Shown: positions 1 through 10,858 of the stretch, one piece after another | How positions within the stretch are numbered: position 1 is the stretch's first letter | Layout of the letters: each line of letters begins with the position of its first letter | Assembly (NCBI GenBank): GCA_964370645.1 | Contig: CAYJJS010000004.1 | Span: 6,613-70,612 of the forward strand | Direction of reading: 5' to 3' | DNA: 64,000 nt | Origin: an uncultured Erysipelotrichaceae bacterium | Lineage (GTDB): Bacteria; Bacillota_I; Bacilli_A; Erysipelotrichales; Erysipelotrichaceae | The notes under the pieces: model-generated | Databases searched by the model: none | What the model was told of the DNA's origin: nothing | What the model saw: only the letters and a program-made list of their open reading frames with translations | Made by a program: the position numbers and the translations under genes

Positions 1-498
1 CGTAAATGTATCATCCGCTCTTTTTTGAATTGGAATATGTCCCATCTCTGGATGCAATAAACCATGTACAAGTTCTCCTTGCACAATCGCTCCACCACCG
101 ATTCCTGTTCCAATAGTAAGGTATAATGCACTTTGTAACCCTTTTGCACTACCATACTTTAATTCACCTAAGGCAGCTCCATTTACATCCGTGTCAAAAG
201 CCATAGGAATATCATAGCGATCTTTCAATGCCTTCATAATATTATAGTTTGTCCACCCTTTTTTTGGAGTATTCGTGATATACCCATATGTATCACTGTG
301 AACATCTAAATCGATAGGCCCAAAACTTCCAACCCCCATTGCTTCTACTTTATGTTTATCAAAAAATGCAAATACATGTTGCATCGTCTCTTCTGGTGTT
401 GTCGTTGCAAAACTATTACGTTCAAAAATATTTCCTTGTGCATCTCCAACTGCAACAATAAACTTTGTTCCACCTGCTTCAATAGCTCCTAATTTCAT
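1..498 (-). CDS. scrK: ROK-family fructokinase. Only the N-terminal ~166 codons are in the window; the 3' end runs off the left edge.
   Basis: Reverse translation from the ATG at 498 gives MKLGAIEAGGTKFIVAVGDAQGNIFE..., the ROK/fructokinase N-terminal motif. ATGA start/stop overlap with the GH32 gene. Last gene of a sucrose operon. Confidence 0.8.
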   Translation of the reverse strand, partial: MKLGAIEAGGTKFIVAVGDAQGNIFERNSFATTTPEETMQHVFAFFDKHKVEAMGVGSFGPIDLDVHSDTYGYITNTPKKGWTNYNIMKALKDRYDIPMAFDTDVNGAALGELKYGSAKGLQSALYLTIGTGIGGGAIVQGELVHGLLHPEMGHIPIQKRADDTFT

Positions 499-1916
499 AT
501 GTTCTCCTCTATTTCAATTGCATTGATTAAATACCCTTCAAAGGAATAATGACTCGCTTTGGTATGTATCTTTGTGCAAGTATCATAAATTCTTGTACTC
601 ATTGTTTTCACTCCATCATTAATAAATATTTCTAAAGAAGAAATATCCGAATAGATTTCAATACAATGAACACAATCCACTTCATAATGTGCAACATCTC
701 TTCCAAAGCCATGTACATCCATGTGTAGGCTTAATACACCTTCATTATACACTAACTTTGTATTTGTACGTAATGTAATTTCAAAGTCTTGACACATTTC
801 AAACATCCACTTTGCACGATATGCATTATGCTTTAGGTTCGTTCCTTCATGAAACGCTTCACCATATAAATCTTGCATTTCTACAATGGCTCTTTGACAC
901 AGCATTCCCTCTTTCACATACAACTCTCTTGGTATAGTAAGTGTATGCTGCCATCCATCTAGTGTTGTTGGATTTGTATAATCCACATCTGGTAATCCCA
1001 TCCATCCAATTAAAATTTGTCTACCGTTTGCATCTTTAAAAGATTGCGGAGCATAGAAATCAAACCCCAAATCCATCTCTTCAAAAACACCTACCATTGA
1101 ATGATTTAAAAAATCAGTAGGAATATGAAAGTATCCATTTTGATATATTCGTTCATATTTATACCCCTGTGTAGTTACCCCTTGTGGACAAGTAATCAAA
1201 AATAGTTGATTATCTATTTCTATTAAATCTGGACATTCCCACATATAACCAAATTTCTCTTCACTTCTCAATGTTGTAACATACTCAAATGTATCTAAAT
1301 CCGTAGATGCATAAAGTAACACACAACCAATATCCATTTTATCTCGAGCACCCAGCACCATGTAGTATGTATCTTTTATCTTCGTTACTTTTGGATCACG
1401 CACATGGCATGTCATATCCTTTGGATAATCTTCATTTTTAAACAAGCAAACTTTATTGCTCATTTGCTTACCATCTTTACTTGTGAACACAATAGTATTG
1501 TGTTCTCTTCCTTCATGGATATAATCGTAATCCCCTACTTTTTTCACATTTCCTGTGTAGAAATAGTAAATGGTATCATCCTTTACAATCGCACTACCTG
1601 AATAAGCCCCACCTTGATCTTCTTGTACATCAGGGTATACTACCATTCCATTACTCTTATAATGTATAAAGTCATTAGTTTGAAAGTGCCCCCACCCTTT
1701 CAAACCATTGTGTACATCATTGGGAGCATATTGATAATAAATATGGTATGTCCCTTTATATTGTACCAATCCATTTGGATCATTCAACCAACCAACTGGT
1801 GGCATTAAATGATACATTTGCTTATATATCCCCTTGTCATGATCTTTTAGCGCCTTTTTCGTATTTTCTTTATATTCATTCAAATTAATCCAATTTGCAA
1901 ACTTCACTTCCTTCAT
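495..1916 (-). CDS. scrB: Sucrose-6-phosphate hydrolase (GH32)
   Basis: GH32 motifs WLNDPNG, RDP and ECP are present. Follows the sucrose PTS gene. The track ORF opens on GTG at 1928; the ATG at 1916, preceded by AAAGGTGGA, is preferred. Confidence 0.9.
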   Translation of the reverse strand: MKEVKFANWINLNEYKENTKKALKDHDKGIYKQMYHLMPPVGWLNDPNGLVQYKGTYHIYYQYAPNDVHNGLKGWGHFQTNDFIHYKSNGMVVYPDVQEDQGGAYSGSAIVKDDTIYYFYTGNVKKVGDYDYIHEGREHNTIVFTSKDGKQMSNKVCLFKNEDYPKDMTCHVRDPKVTKIKDTYYMVLGARDKMDIGCVLLYASTDLDTFEYVTTLRSEEKFGYMWECPDLIEIDNQLFLITCPQGVTTQGYKYERIYQNGYFHIPTDFLNHSMVGVFEEMDLGFDFYAPQSFKDANGRQILIGWMGLPDVDYTNPTTLDGWQHTLTIPRELYVKEGMLCQRAIVEMQDLYGEAFHEGTNLKHNAYRAKWMFEMCQDFEITLRTNTKLVYNEGVLSLHMDVHGFGRDVAHYEVDCVHCIEIYSDISSLEIFINDGVKTMSTRIYDTCTKIHTKASHYSFEGYLINAIEIEENI

Positions 1917-3744
1917 CGATGCTTCCACCTTTCACTTCCTCAATTGTATGTTTTGAAGTGAATACAGTCATTGTCTCTGTACTATATCCTGCTTCTTTAA
2001 TCTTCTCTAAATCCATTTGGATCAATCGTGTTCCTTTCGTAACTTGTTGTCCTTCTTCTACATATAATTGAAATGCTTCTCCATTCATATTCACTGTATC
2101 AATCCCACAATGAATTAACACTTCTACACCATCACCACGTTGTAAACCAATCGCATGTTTGGTTGGGAAAATCATCTTTACGCATGCATCAAATGGTGCT
2201 ACTACATTTCCATTAGTTGGTGTTATGACAAACCCATCACCCATTGTTAATGAAGCAAACATCTCATCACTACATGTACTTAGCGGTGCAATTTTCCCAC
2301 TCATAGGTGCATAGACAGTGCTATTTGATGTAGTTTGTTCGCTTGTCATAGTCAATTGCTTTGCTGCATCACGCTTAAATAAAATGATTGTTACTGCAAT
2401 TGTTGTAATCATAGTTAAAACTAATCCAATTGCAAAGTTTACATAGTTAGATGGAGCAATCGATAAGAAACCAGGAATTCCAGCTGCTCCTAATGCTGTC
2501 GCTTTTACATTTGTGATCGCCAAGTATGCACTCCCAACTCCTGAACCTATCATCGCTGCAACAAACGGGAATTTTAACTTTAAGTTCACACCAAACATTG
2601 CTGGCTCTGTAATTCCTAATAAAGCACTAATCCCACTAGCTGAACATAAACTTTTAATTTTTGAATCTTTACTTAAAAACAATATCGCAAGTACTGCAGA
2701 ACCCTGTGCTACATTTGACATTGACGCCGTTGTAAAGATGAATGTTTCACCAACCGAAGCCAATAAAGTAGTCTCTACAGCACTAAATGAATGATGTAAA
2801 CCAGTAATTACTATTGGTGCATAGAAGAATCCAAAAATTGCAGCACCTACAAATCCTAATGAATCATATAACCATGTAATTCCATCAGCCATTAACCAAC
2901 CAGCTTCACGTAATATTGGACCTACAAAAATAAAAGTAATAAATGCAGTAATTAAAATAGATAATAATGGTGTAGTTAAATTATCTAACCATGTTGGTGT
3001 AATTTTACGTAAGTTTATTTCTAATTTCGCCAAGATCCAAGACACAGCCAATACTGGCAATACCGTTCCTTGGTAACCAACCGTTTCAATCGTTAATCCT
3101 AAGATATTCCAAGACGGTATCTCCGTTGCGTTTGCATAAGAATATGCATTCATTAAATCAGGATGTACCATAATCATCCCTAACGCAGCTCCAAGATAAG
3201 GATTCCCACCAAACTTCTTCGTTGCACTAAATCCTAATAATACAGGTAAAAATACAAATGGTGCATTCGCAAATAAGTTGATTGCACTCGCTAAATCTTT
3301 AAACTGTGGATATACTTCAATAATACTTTTGCTTTCATGAATTAAACCAGCTGCAGTCAAGATGTTGTTCAATCCCATCAACAACCCTCCAGCAACAATT
3401 GCTGGTATAATTGGAACAAATATATCCGATAAAATTTTAACTCCTCTTTGTAACCAATTTCCTTCTTCTTTTTGTACTTCTTCACTTACTTCTTCGTGAC
3501 CAAGTTGTTTTTTAACTTCACTACAAACTAAATTCACTGTTCCAGAACCAAATATAATTTGGTATTGACCTTTTGCAGCAAATGTTCCCTTCACCTTGTC
3601 TACACTTTGTAATTTACTCTCTTGCACCAATGATGCATCTTTTAAACGCAAACGAAGTCTTGTTGCACAATGCATAACTTCTTGAATATTGTCTTTTCCT
3701 CCAACAAATTGTATCACTTCTTTTGCTATTTTTCCATAACTCAT
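1885..3744 (-). CDS. scrA: PTS sucrose-type transporter, fused EIIB-EIIC-EIIA
   Basis: N-terminal EIIB Cys motif (MHCATRLRL), multi-TM EIIC core, and a C-terminal EIIA-Glc-type domain (HCGIDTV). Operon context with GH32 and a LacI regulator. Confidence 0.88.
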   Translation of the reverse strand: MSYGKIAKEVIQFVGGKDNIQEVMHCATRLRLRLKDASLVQESKLQSVDKVKGTFAAKGQYQIIFGSGTVNLVCSEVKKQLGHEEVSEEVQKEEGNWLQRGVKILSDIFVPIIPAIVAGGLLMGLNNILTAAGLIHESKSIIEVYPQFKDLASAINLFANAPFVFLPVLLGFSATKKFGGNPYLGAALGMIMVHPDLMNAYSYANATEIPSWNILGLTIETVGYQGTVLPVLAVSWILAKLEINLRKITPTWLDNLTTPLLSILITAFITFIFVGPILREAGWLMADGITWLYDSLGFVGAAIFGFFYAPIVITGLHHSFSAVETTLLASVGETFIFTTASMSNVAQGSAVLAILFLSKDSKIKSLCSASGISALLGITEPAMFGVNLKLKFPFVAAMIGSGVGSAYLAITNVKATALGAAGIPGFLSIAPSNYVNFAIGLVLTMITTIAVTIILFKRDAAKQLTMTSEQTTSNSTVYAPMSGKIAPLSTCSDEMFASLTMGDGFVITPTNGNVVAPFDACVKMIFPTKHAIGLQRGDGVEVLIHCGIDTVNMNGEAFQLYVEEGQQVTKGTRLIQMDLEKIKEAGYSTETMTVFTSKHTIEEVKGGSIDEGSEVCKLD

Positions 3745-3761
3745 ATCATTACTCCTCCTTA

Positions 3762-3775
3762 TGGTATCGTTCCCA
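3762..3775 (-). promoter_or_regulatory. LacI-family/cre-like operator O1 (TGGTATCGTTCCCA) in the scrA leader
   Basis: Imperfect palindrome of the TGnAAnCGnTTnCA type between the predicted -10 and the RBS. Confidence 0.5.
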
Positions 3776-3780
3776 CATTT

Positions 3781-3809
3781 AATATATCAAATCATTTAGT
3801 CTCTGTCAA
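3781..3809 (-). promoter_or_regulatory. SigA-type promoter of scrA-scrB-scrK
   Basis: On the minus strand: TTGACA, 17 nt, TATATT, located 35-65 nt upstream of the scrA ATG. Confidence 0.55.
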
Positions 3810-3816
3810 CATAAAA

Positions 3817-3830
3817 TGGAACCGATTTCA
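3817..3830 (-). promoter_or_regulatory. cre/ScrR-like operator O2 (TGGAACCGATTTCA)
   Basis: Fits the cre consensus WTGNAANCGNWNNCW. Lies just upstream of the -35 and 55 bp from O1. Confidence 0.5.
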
Positions 3831-3853
3831 TAATTAGAATAAAAAAAAGAAAG

Positions 3854-4831
3854 TTATAAACTTTCTCCTTCCACTAAATCATATTGTATTAATGTTTTCA
3901 AATTGACTTCATCCCCTTTAATTAAAGAAATCATCATATTCGCAGCTAGCTCTCCAGCTTCTTCACTTCGAAATCGTAAAGTATATAAAGATGGGTGCAA
4001 TAATTGAGACGTCTCATACCCTCCAAAAGCAACCAATGCGATGTCCTTCTTTATTTCTTTATTCGCCATTTGAATTTCCTTATAAGCAGCTAATGCTTGA
4101 TTATCCGTTGCACAAATTAATGCATCAAGTGTTTGCTGTTTTAATAAGTTACTCACTACCTGTCTTGTGGTATCATAGGTAAAATCACTTTCCACACAGA
4201 TCACCTCTACTTGAAACTGTTCTAATGCTTTTAAAACACCCTCTTTACGATATTTCCCAACGGCCTCATCACTCTCACTAACTCCAACATAAGCAACCTT
4301 GCGATACCCTTTTTCGCCTACTTTTTTTCCAATATCAAATCCAGCGCGAAAATCTGAATTCACAATAGAAATACCATTCATATATTCTTGCCCAATACTA
4401 ATAAAAGGCACTTTTAAAGTATCTAACATTGCATAGTGTTCACTGCTTAACTGTGTTGCAAACAATACTATCCCATCCACCTTCATTTGTACAAAATAGC
4501 GAATCGCTTCTAACTCTTCAAGGGCATTATGATTTGTATTAATCATAATTGTACGATAATTCATTTCCTTAAATTGCTCATCCATACTCTTCATAACTCG
4601 ACTTGTTACTCTTGAATAAATAGTTGGAAGCACAACACCAATTAACTTGCTATTTTTTGCCTTCAAACTTTGTGCAAATGGATTGGGAACATAGTTATAC
4701 ATAGAAACAACTTCTGCAATTTTAACTCTGGTACTCTCTTTCAAATATCCTCCATTAAAATAGCGAGACACTGTACTTTTTCCTACTCCAGCCAATCTTG
4801 CAATATCGCTAATTGTCAATTTTTCTTTCAC
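3854..4831 (-). CDS. scrR: LacI-family transcriptional repressor (sucrose operon regulator)
   Basis: N-terminal HTH (TISDIARLAGVGKSTVSRYFN) plus a periplasmic-binding-like sugar domain. Sits immediately upstream of the scr genes. Confidence 0.85.
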   Translation of the reverse strand: MKEKLTISDIARLAGVGKSTVSRYFNGGYLKESTRVKIAEVVSMYNYVPNPFAQSLKAKNSKLIGVVLPTIYSRVTSRVMKSMDEQFKEMNYRTIMINTNHNALEELEAIRYFVQMKVDGIVLFATQLSSEHYAMLDTLKVPFISIGQEYMNGISIVNSDFRAGFDIGKKVGEKGYRKVAYVGVSESDEAVGKYRKEGVLKALEQFQVEVICVESDFTYDTTRQVVSNLLKQQTLDALICATDNQALAAYKEIQMANKEIKKDIALVAFGGYETSQLLHPSLYTLRFRSEEAGELAANMMISLIKGDEVNLKTLIQYDLVEGESL

Positions 4832-4870
4832 TCAAACACCCCCATTTTAAAAAAGCTACCAATTGGTAGC

Positions 4871-5065
4871 TTACATAATAATATATCCTAATGAAGTAAT
4901 AATTCTTCTTGCATTTGTGACAATATTTCCATCACGTTCTACACTCACTGTTTTATTTTGTAAATCAATTTCACAAGAGACTCCTGCATCATGTAATGCA
5001 TTTGTAATCATTGCTTCACAATGTGCACAGCTCATATTCTCAATAATAAATATGTGTTTTGTCAT
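4871..5065 (-). CDS. Heavy-metal-associated (CopZ-like) metallochaperone
   Basis: 64 aa with an MSCAHCE (MxCxxC) metal-binding motif and an HMA fold pattern. Confidence 0.75.
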   Translation of the reverse strand: MTKHIFIIENMSCAHCEAMITNALHDAGVSCEIDLQNKTVSVERDGNIVTNARRIITSLGYIIM

Positions 5066-5076
5066 AATTTGCCTTT

Positions 5077-6468
5077 CTAGAACATTAAATTTCTTGGAGT
5101 TCTTGGGAATGGTTGTACATCTCTAATATTTGTCATTCCCGTAATATACATTAAGAAACGATCAAAACCTAAACCAAACCCTGCATGTTTACATCCACCA
5201 TACTTACGTAAATCCATGTACCATGCTAATGCATCGATTTCAATATCCATCTCTTTCATTCTGTTCTCTAATACATCATAGCGCTCTTCTCTTTGACTTC
5301 CACCTACTAGTTCACCAACACCTGGTACAAGTAAATCACAAGCAGCCACCGTCTTATTATCATCATTCATACGCATGTAGAATGCTTTAATATCTTTTGG
5401 ATAATCTGTAATAAACACAGGACCATTTATAATGTTTTCACAAATATAACGCTCATGTTCTGAGTTCATATCCATTCCCCACTCTACTTTATTTTCAAAC
5501 TTTACACCTTCAGCAACTGCTTTTTCTAGCAATTCTACAGCTTGTGTATATGGTAAACGCTTAAATTCAGAATCTCTAACTTTAGTAATGCGATCAATAC
5601 ACTCTTTATCAATAACACTTGCGAAAAATTTCATTTCTTCTGGTGCATTTTCTAACACATAATTGATACAAAATTTAATCATATCCTCAATTAAATCCAT
5701 GTCATCTTCTAAATCTGCAAACGCAATCTCAGGTTCAATCATCCAAAATTCACTTGCATGACGTGTTGTATTTGAGTTTTCTGCACGAAAGGTTGGGCCA
5801 AACGTGTATACATCACGAAATGCCATTGCAAATGCCTCTACGTGCAATTGTCCTGACACAGTAAGTGAAGCATGTTTTCCAAAGAAATCTTCTTCGTATT
5901 TATCATCACTACGCGTTGTTACACTAAAAGATTCACCAGCACCTTCCGCATCATTTCCAGTAATAATTGGTGTATGTACATACACAAATCCTTGATTTTG
6001 GAAAAATTCATGAATTGCCATACTCAATACAGAACGCAAACGAAATACTGCATAAAATGTATTGGCACGCACACGTAAGTGTGGGATTTCTCTCATATAT
6101 TCAAAAGAGTGTCTCTTTTTTTGTAATGGATAACCTTCATCACTATGTCCTTCTAAAGTAGCCTGTACAACTTCAATTTCAAAAGGTTGTTTCCCCTCTG
6201 GTGTAAGCTTTAATTTCCCACTTACCACAACTGCAGACCCTGTAGAATATTTTGCAATTTGCTCAAACCCTTCTACTCCATCACGATACACTAATTGTGC
6301 ATTTCTAAAATATGTCCCATCATTTAGTTCGATAAAACCTACTTTTCCTGAACAACGATTCGTTCTTACCCATCCTTCTAATTGAATAAAGTCTAATGAA
6401 TCTTTCTCTAATTGAGAACCATTAAACACAGTTTCATAAAGTTCTCTAATTGTCATAAATTCAATCAT
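5077..6468 (-). CDS. asnS: Asparagine--tRNA ligase
   Basis: 463 aa class IIb aaRS with an N-terminal OB anticodon domain and class II motifs ([18 protein letters not shown]). AAGGAGG RBS 6 nt upstream of the ATG. Confidence 0.9.
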   Translation of the reverse strand: MIEFMTIRELYETVFNGSQLEKDSLDFIQLEGWVRTNRCSGKVGFIELNDGTYFRNAQLVYRDGVEGFEQIAKYSTGSAVVVSGKLKLTPEGKQPFEIEVVQATLEGHSDEGYPLQKKRHSFEYMREIPHLRVRANTFYAVFRLRSVLSMAIHEFFQNQGFVYVHTPIITGNDAEGAGESFSVTTRSDDKYEEDFFGKHASLTVSGQLHVEAFAMAFRDVYTFGPTFRAENSNTTRHASEFWMIEPEIAFADLEDDMDLIEDMIKFCINYVLENAPEEMKFFASVIDKECIDRITKVRDSEFKRLPYTQAVELLEKAVAEGVKFENKVEWGMDMNSEHERYICENIINGPVFITDYPKDIKAFYMRMNDDNKTVAACDLLVPGVGELVGGSQREERYDVLENRMKEMDIEIDALAWYMDLRKYGGCKHAGFGLGFDRFLMYITGMTNIRDVQPFPRTPRNLMF

Positions 6469-6479
6469 ATGTTTCCTCC

Positions 6480-7106
6480 TTAAAGCTTATTATTTGCATT
6501 TGTTTCAAACACCAATTCTTGAATGGATGAAACAACATCTACTGTTTTTATAGAAATTCCTTTTGGAACCTGAATATGCTTATGGGTAAAATCTACAATT
6601 CCTGTAATTCCACAAGCAATCAATTTATCTACGGTTGACTGCACATTATCTGATATTGCTAGAATCGCAATACGACAACCTGCAGGTATATTTTCTGACA
6701 AACTGTTCAAATCATAAATTGGGATATTAAACAAAACTTCTTGTTTTTTAGGATCCACATCAAAAGCACATGTTATTTCTCCAACTACATAATCCCATTT
6801 ATTATACTTCATAAGTGCTCTACCTAAGTTTCCTGCACCAACTAAAATAATCTTCTCATCAAAATCCACTCCTAATTCTTGATTGAAAATATCAATCAAA
6901 GAATCTATATCATATCCATACCCTTGCTTCCCTAAGTTTCCTAACAAAGAAAAATCTCTACGAATCGTAGTGGATTCTATACTTACTAATTCACTTAACT
7001 CCTTGGACATCACTCGTGTTTTTCCATATTTTTTAAGACGTCTTAACGCCTTTAAATAAAGTGGATAACGATTCAATGTCGCTTTAGGTACCTTTCTTTC
7101 GCTCAT
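6480..7106 (-). CDS. rex: Redox-sensing transcriptional repressor Rex
   Basis: 208 aa. N-terminal winged helix ([16 protein letters not shown]) plus a Rossmann motif (GAGNLGRAL). Confidence 0.9.
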   Translation of the reverse strand: MSERKVPKATLNRYPLYLKALRRLKKYGKTRVMSKELSELVSIESTTIRRDFSLLGNLGKQGYGYDIDSLIDIFNQELGVDFDEKIILVGAGNLGRALMKYNKWDYVVGEITCAFDVDPKKQEVLFNIPIYDLNSLSENIPAGCRIAILAISDNVQSTVDKLIACGITGIVDFTHKHIQVPKGISIKTVDVVSSIQELVFETNANNKL

Positions 7107-7168
7107 AACATCACCACCTTAAGTATATCATATTGTACTCACTTGTGAAATAATTAATTTTTTTAACT

Positions 7169-8173
7169 TTAACGCAAAGGTACACTTGATTTTGCACTCA
7201 CTTCAAATCCACAAAAGGCTTTCTTCTGGTAAGCATAATAACCTGCACTGGCAATCATTGCTGCATTGTCTGTACAACACCATAAAGGTGGAATCAACAG
7301 TGCCTCTTTTCGCTCTTTCATGACTTCTTCCATCCTAGCACGCAAACGTGAATTTGCAGCAACACCACCCGCTAACACAATCTGATTCACCGTATAACGA
7401 TCTAATGCAAGCAATGTCTTTTGTATGATTAAACGCAGTGCAGTCTCTTGAAAAGAAGCTGCTAAACAAGCTTTATCATAGTCCTCACCCTTACGTTTAC
7501 AACGATCTATAAACTGCAATACACCACTCTTTAACCCACTAAAACTCAAGTCAAATTCACCTTGTGTCTTTGGCATCGGTAAGGTATAAATAGGTTCTCC
7601 CTCTTTCGCAAGTCGATCAATTTGTGGTCCCCCAGGATAAGGTAACCCCATTACTCTAGCCACTTTATCATAGGCTTCTCCAATCGCATCATCTTGTGTT
7701 TGTCCAATAATTTCACAGTGCTCATCATCCTTCATATACACTAGTTCAGAATGACCACCACTTACTACTAGTGCCATAAGGGGATACTTTAAATCACTAA
7801 CCAGTTCATTTGCAACAATATGTCCTTTTATATGGTGAATTGGAATAAGTGGCTTATCATAAGCCCAAGCCAATGTTTTTGCTGCCTGTACTCCAATATG
7901 CAAAGACCCTACCAATCCTGGTCCTTGTGTAAATGAAACACCATCAATTTGCTCCATACTAACATTTGCTTTTTGCAAAGCTTCTTCAATAACCATTGAA
8001 ATATTTTCCACATGGATTCGACTTGCAACCTCAGGCAAAACACCCCCAAATTGTTTATGTACATCAATTTGTGTGGCAACGATATTAGACATCACTTCTT
8101 TCCCATTTTTTACAATGGCACAAGCTGTTTCATCACAACTCGATTCGATTCCTAAAATCAATACATCTTTCAT
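7169..8173 (-). CDS. tsaD: tRNA N6-adenosine threonylcarbamoyltransferase TsaD
   Basis: Kae1/TsaD signature (LGIESSCDETA, HHIKGH, SGGHS). Part of the tsaE-tsaB-rimI-tsaD operon. Confidence 0.92.
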   Translation of the reverse strand: MKDVLILGIESSCDETACAIVKNGKEVMSNIVATQIDVHKQFGGVLPEVASRIHVENISMVIEEALQKANVSMEQIDGVSFTQGPGLVGSLHIGVQAAKTLAWAYDKPLIPIHHIKGHIVANELVSDLKYPLMALVVSGGHSELVYMKDDEHCEIIGQTQDDAIGEAYDKVARVMGLPYPGGPQIDRLAKEGEPIYTLPMPKTQGEFDLSFSGLKSGVLQFIDRCKRKGEDYDKACLAASFQETALRLIIQKTLLALDRYTVNQIVLAGGVAANSRLRARMEEVMKERKEALLIPPLWCCTDNAAMIASAGYYAYQKKAFCGFEVSAKSSVPLR

Positions 8174-8616
8174 TTCAAACCTCCAATTGCTTTTCCCATA
8201 ACCATTGCATCTTCATTATTATCACTATAATATCCTTTACGTACACTAATATGAAAATAATCATGGCTACGATATAAAGCTTGCGCAACCTCATTACTTC
8301 TACGAACTTCTAACAATATGCTTTCACATTCTTGTGCAATAGCATCCATTTCCATGTGCTTCATAAGCATATGTGCATATCCCTTTTTCTGCATGTCCTT
8401 ACGTACTGCAATACGCACTAACTGACAACAATCAAAGGTAATCCAATAATCAATATAACCTACAATTTCACTACCTTCTTGTAATACATATAAGAAAGCA
8501 CATGGATTATCCTGTAATTCATACACAAAGTGTTCCTCTTTATACACATCACTAAAACAATCAACATCTATTTGTGTGATTGTTGCAATGTCATCTACTT
8601 CCATTTTTCGTATCAT
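8170..8616 (-). CDS. rimI: Ribosomal-protein-alanine N-acetyltransferase (GNAT)
   Basis: GNAT fold (RIAVRKDMQKKGYA). Conserved position between tsaB and tsaD, with a 4-nt overlap. Confidence 0.8.
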   Translation of the reverse strand: MIRKMEVDDIATITQIDVDCFSDVYKEEHFVYELQDNPCAFLYVLQEGSEIVGYIDYWITFDCCQLVRIAVRKDMQKKGYAHMLMKHMEMDAIAQECESILLEVRRSNEVAQALYRSHDYFHISVRKGYYSDNNEDAMVMGKAIGGLK

Positions 8617-9204
8617 TTACTTAACCAAATATGCACTTTCTTCTTTTAAATACATAGGTACTAAAGTATGGATATTATCTACCTTTTCCCAGTGTTCTTG
8701 TAAATTCGCAAAATTTGATACAAAATCTATTGGTGTTTTTTCAAGTCCAATGAATTCTACATCACCAACAATATTTTTCACCTGCATGGCTTCTACTTCA
8801 TCCAATGTTTTAATCGCAATCTCCACACACCTTCCTTGTGTATACAAACCATAATACACACGTGAAGAACGAGCATCTAAGATAACATGCACATCTTCTA
8901 ATCCAGCATATAGCTGTAAGGTAGATATTGTGTACAGTGGTATGTGTTTACGTGTACACAGTACCTTCGCAATACTCATTGCAATACGTATTCCTGTATA
9001 ACTACCAGGACCATTTGTAATCACTACCTTTTCAATATCTTCCACTTTCACATTTTCTTGTTGCATCAGTGCAATCAATCTTACAAAAATCGTTTCTGAT
9101 TGCTTCTTCCAAGCTTCTTCCACACAAGATGCAACTACCTGATTCCCTTTTAATAACGCAAGCACTAAATGACGATGCGATGTATCCATACACAATGTAA
9201 TCAT
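8617..9204 (-). CDS. tsaB: tRNA threonylcarbamoyladenosine biosynthesis protein TsaB
   Basis: 195 aa inactive Kae1-like paralogue (GPGSYTGIRI). Operon context. Confidence 0.85.
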   Translation of the reverse strand: MITLCMDTSHRHLVLALLKGNQVVASCVEEAWKKQSETIFVRLIALMQQENVKVEDIEKVVITNGPGSYTGIRIAMSIAKVLCTRKHIPLYTISTLQLYAGLEDVHVILDARSSRVYYGLYTQGRCVEIAIKTLDEVEAMQVKNIVGDVEFIGLEKTPIDFVSNFANLQEHWEKVDNIHTLVPMYLKEESAYLVK

Positions 9205-9647
9205 AATAATTCCTCCAAAACCTTTTCATATACCAAACCATGTGCTTCTAGTGTAAAAATTCTTGTCTCTTCACACAATTCAATTTGTATATCTAAGCGT
9301 TCTTTAGGTAATGCATATTCAATAAATTGAAACCACTCTACCACACAAATAGCCTCTTCTTCAAATACTTCTTCAAACCCTAAATCTTGCGTGATACCTT
9401 CCAAGCGATACGCATCAATATGATGTAAAATAACTTCTTCTTCATACGATTTCAAAATCGTAAACGTAGGACTAGTAATCGTTGCTTGTATCCCTAACGA
9501 TTTTGCCAACGCCTTTGTGAACGTTGTTTTTCCAGCACCCAAATCACCACTCAAAGTGATTAAAGCTTGCTTCTCTAAGTTTTTAGCAATTGCATTTGCC
9601 AATGCTTGTGTATCTTCTAAACTATGTATTGTCACCTTCATGTTCAT
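9201..9647 (-). CDS. tsaE: tRNA t6A ATPase TsaE
   Basis: 148 aa with a Walker A motif (GDLGAGKTTF). Operon context. Confidence 0.88.
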   Translation of the reverse strand: MNMKVTIHSLEDTQALANAIAKNLEKQALITLSGDLGAGKTTFTKALAKSLGIQATITSPTFTILKSYEEEVILHHIDAYRLEGITQDLGFEEVFEEEAICVVEWFQFIEYALPKERLDIQIELCEETRIFTLEAHGLVYEKVLEELL

Positions 9648-10849
9648 TACCTTCCTAGTATTTTTTTGCGCATTGCAAATGCAAAAGCACTTAGTGAATA
9701 CAGTGGACTAGTAGCCAAATCAAACTCACCAATAAATTCATGTATGTATGGATTAAAATTTGCTTTAAAATGAGTTAATCCATCTTTAAAATCACCTTCT
9801 ACTCCACCCATGTTTGCATACTTGCACCCATGCGCATAAGCATACAGCATAACTTGTGTATATAAATGATATTGTGGCATAAATTTCTTATACGTATCAT
9901 CCATCCCTGCATACAACATTTCTAAAGTATCTCCTACTTTTATTGATAAAATACCTGCAATGCATTCATCCTCTACCTCTTTAAAAGCTTCCAACTCTTT
10001 ACAATCTTTTTGTAAAGATGCTTGTATATCTAATAATCGACGCATCTTTTTTGGTGAACCTTCTCTACAATCCGCAATCTCTCGTTCATTTATAGCTTGT
10101 TTTTGCTCATATTCTTCCAATAACGCTTTTACATTCACCTTCGCTAAAAAGATATAACAATCATCCTTATAAATTTCTAATAGTTGTCTAAAATAAGCTT
10201 CATTACGTAGGCTCACTTGTTTTCTTTCTTCACTCTTCATGACTACTTTCGCAAAATTACCTACACCACTCTCATCTACTCGCATGACCTCTACATTACG
10301 TTTTAATGCATCCTTAATCAAACGTTTTGTATGACGAGGCAATTGTTGTTCAAAGTCATCATCCAAATGCACACATGCATCAAAACGTGGTTGAATACTC
10401 TCTTCGATATAGGTAGTAAACCCAGTATGTTTTGCCTTTGCTTTAATAATATTTTGTAAAGCCTGCATACTTACTTCACTGCATTCTATTTCTTCCCCGA
10501 TCTTATATTGTTTCATCACAATGGCTGGGTTAAATTTAATGAACACACAACGATATCGATTTGCCCATTTCTTTAATTGACTCATAAAATAGTTTACTAA
10601 TTGCTCATTACTATAATCCAAAACGGGTCCCCTAGGGATATACATCATTGTGAATCCTAATGGTAGTTTTTTTATTAAAACAGAAGCACTCGCAATCAGT
10701 GTTTCACCTTTGTAAACACCGACTATTTCATGTCCCCAATTGTCTTTTACTTTTGCCCAATCTGCAGTTTGTAAAAGATTGTATAAAGGATGCCCTTGGA
10801 TAAAGGCATCGTGTTCTTTATTTGTAATATTTGCTTTAAACGTATACAT
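9647..10849 (-). CDS. FemAB-family peptidoglycan interpeptide-bridge aminoacyltransferase
   Basis: 400 aa FemA/FemX/MurM-like architecture with a central coiled-coil insert. Confidence 0.7.
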   Translation of the reverse strand: MYTFKANITNKEHDAFIQGHPLYNLLQTADWAKVKDNWGHEIVGVYKGETLIASASVLIKKLPLGFTMMYIPRGPVLDYSNEQLVNYFMSQLKKWANRYRCVFIKFNPAIVMKQYKIGEEIECSEVSMQALQNIIKAKAKHTGFTTYIEESIQPRFDACVHLDDDFEQQLPRHTKRLIKDALKRNVEVMRVDESGVGNFAKVVMKSEERKQVSLRNEAYFRQLLEIYKDDCYIFLAKVNVKALLEEYEQKQAINEREIADCREGSPKKMRRLLDIQASLQKDCKELEAFKEVEDECIAGILSIKVGDTLEMLYAGMDDTYKKFMPQYHLYTQVMLYAYAHGCKYANMGGVEGDFKDGLTHFKANFNPYIHEFIGEFDLATSPLYSLSAFAFAMRKKILGR

Positions 10850-10858
10850 AGCAGCTCC

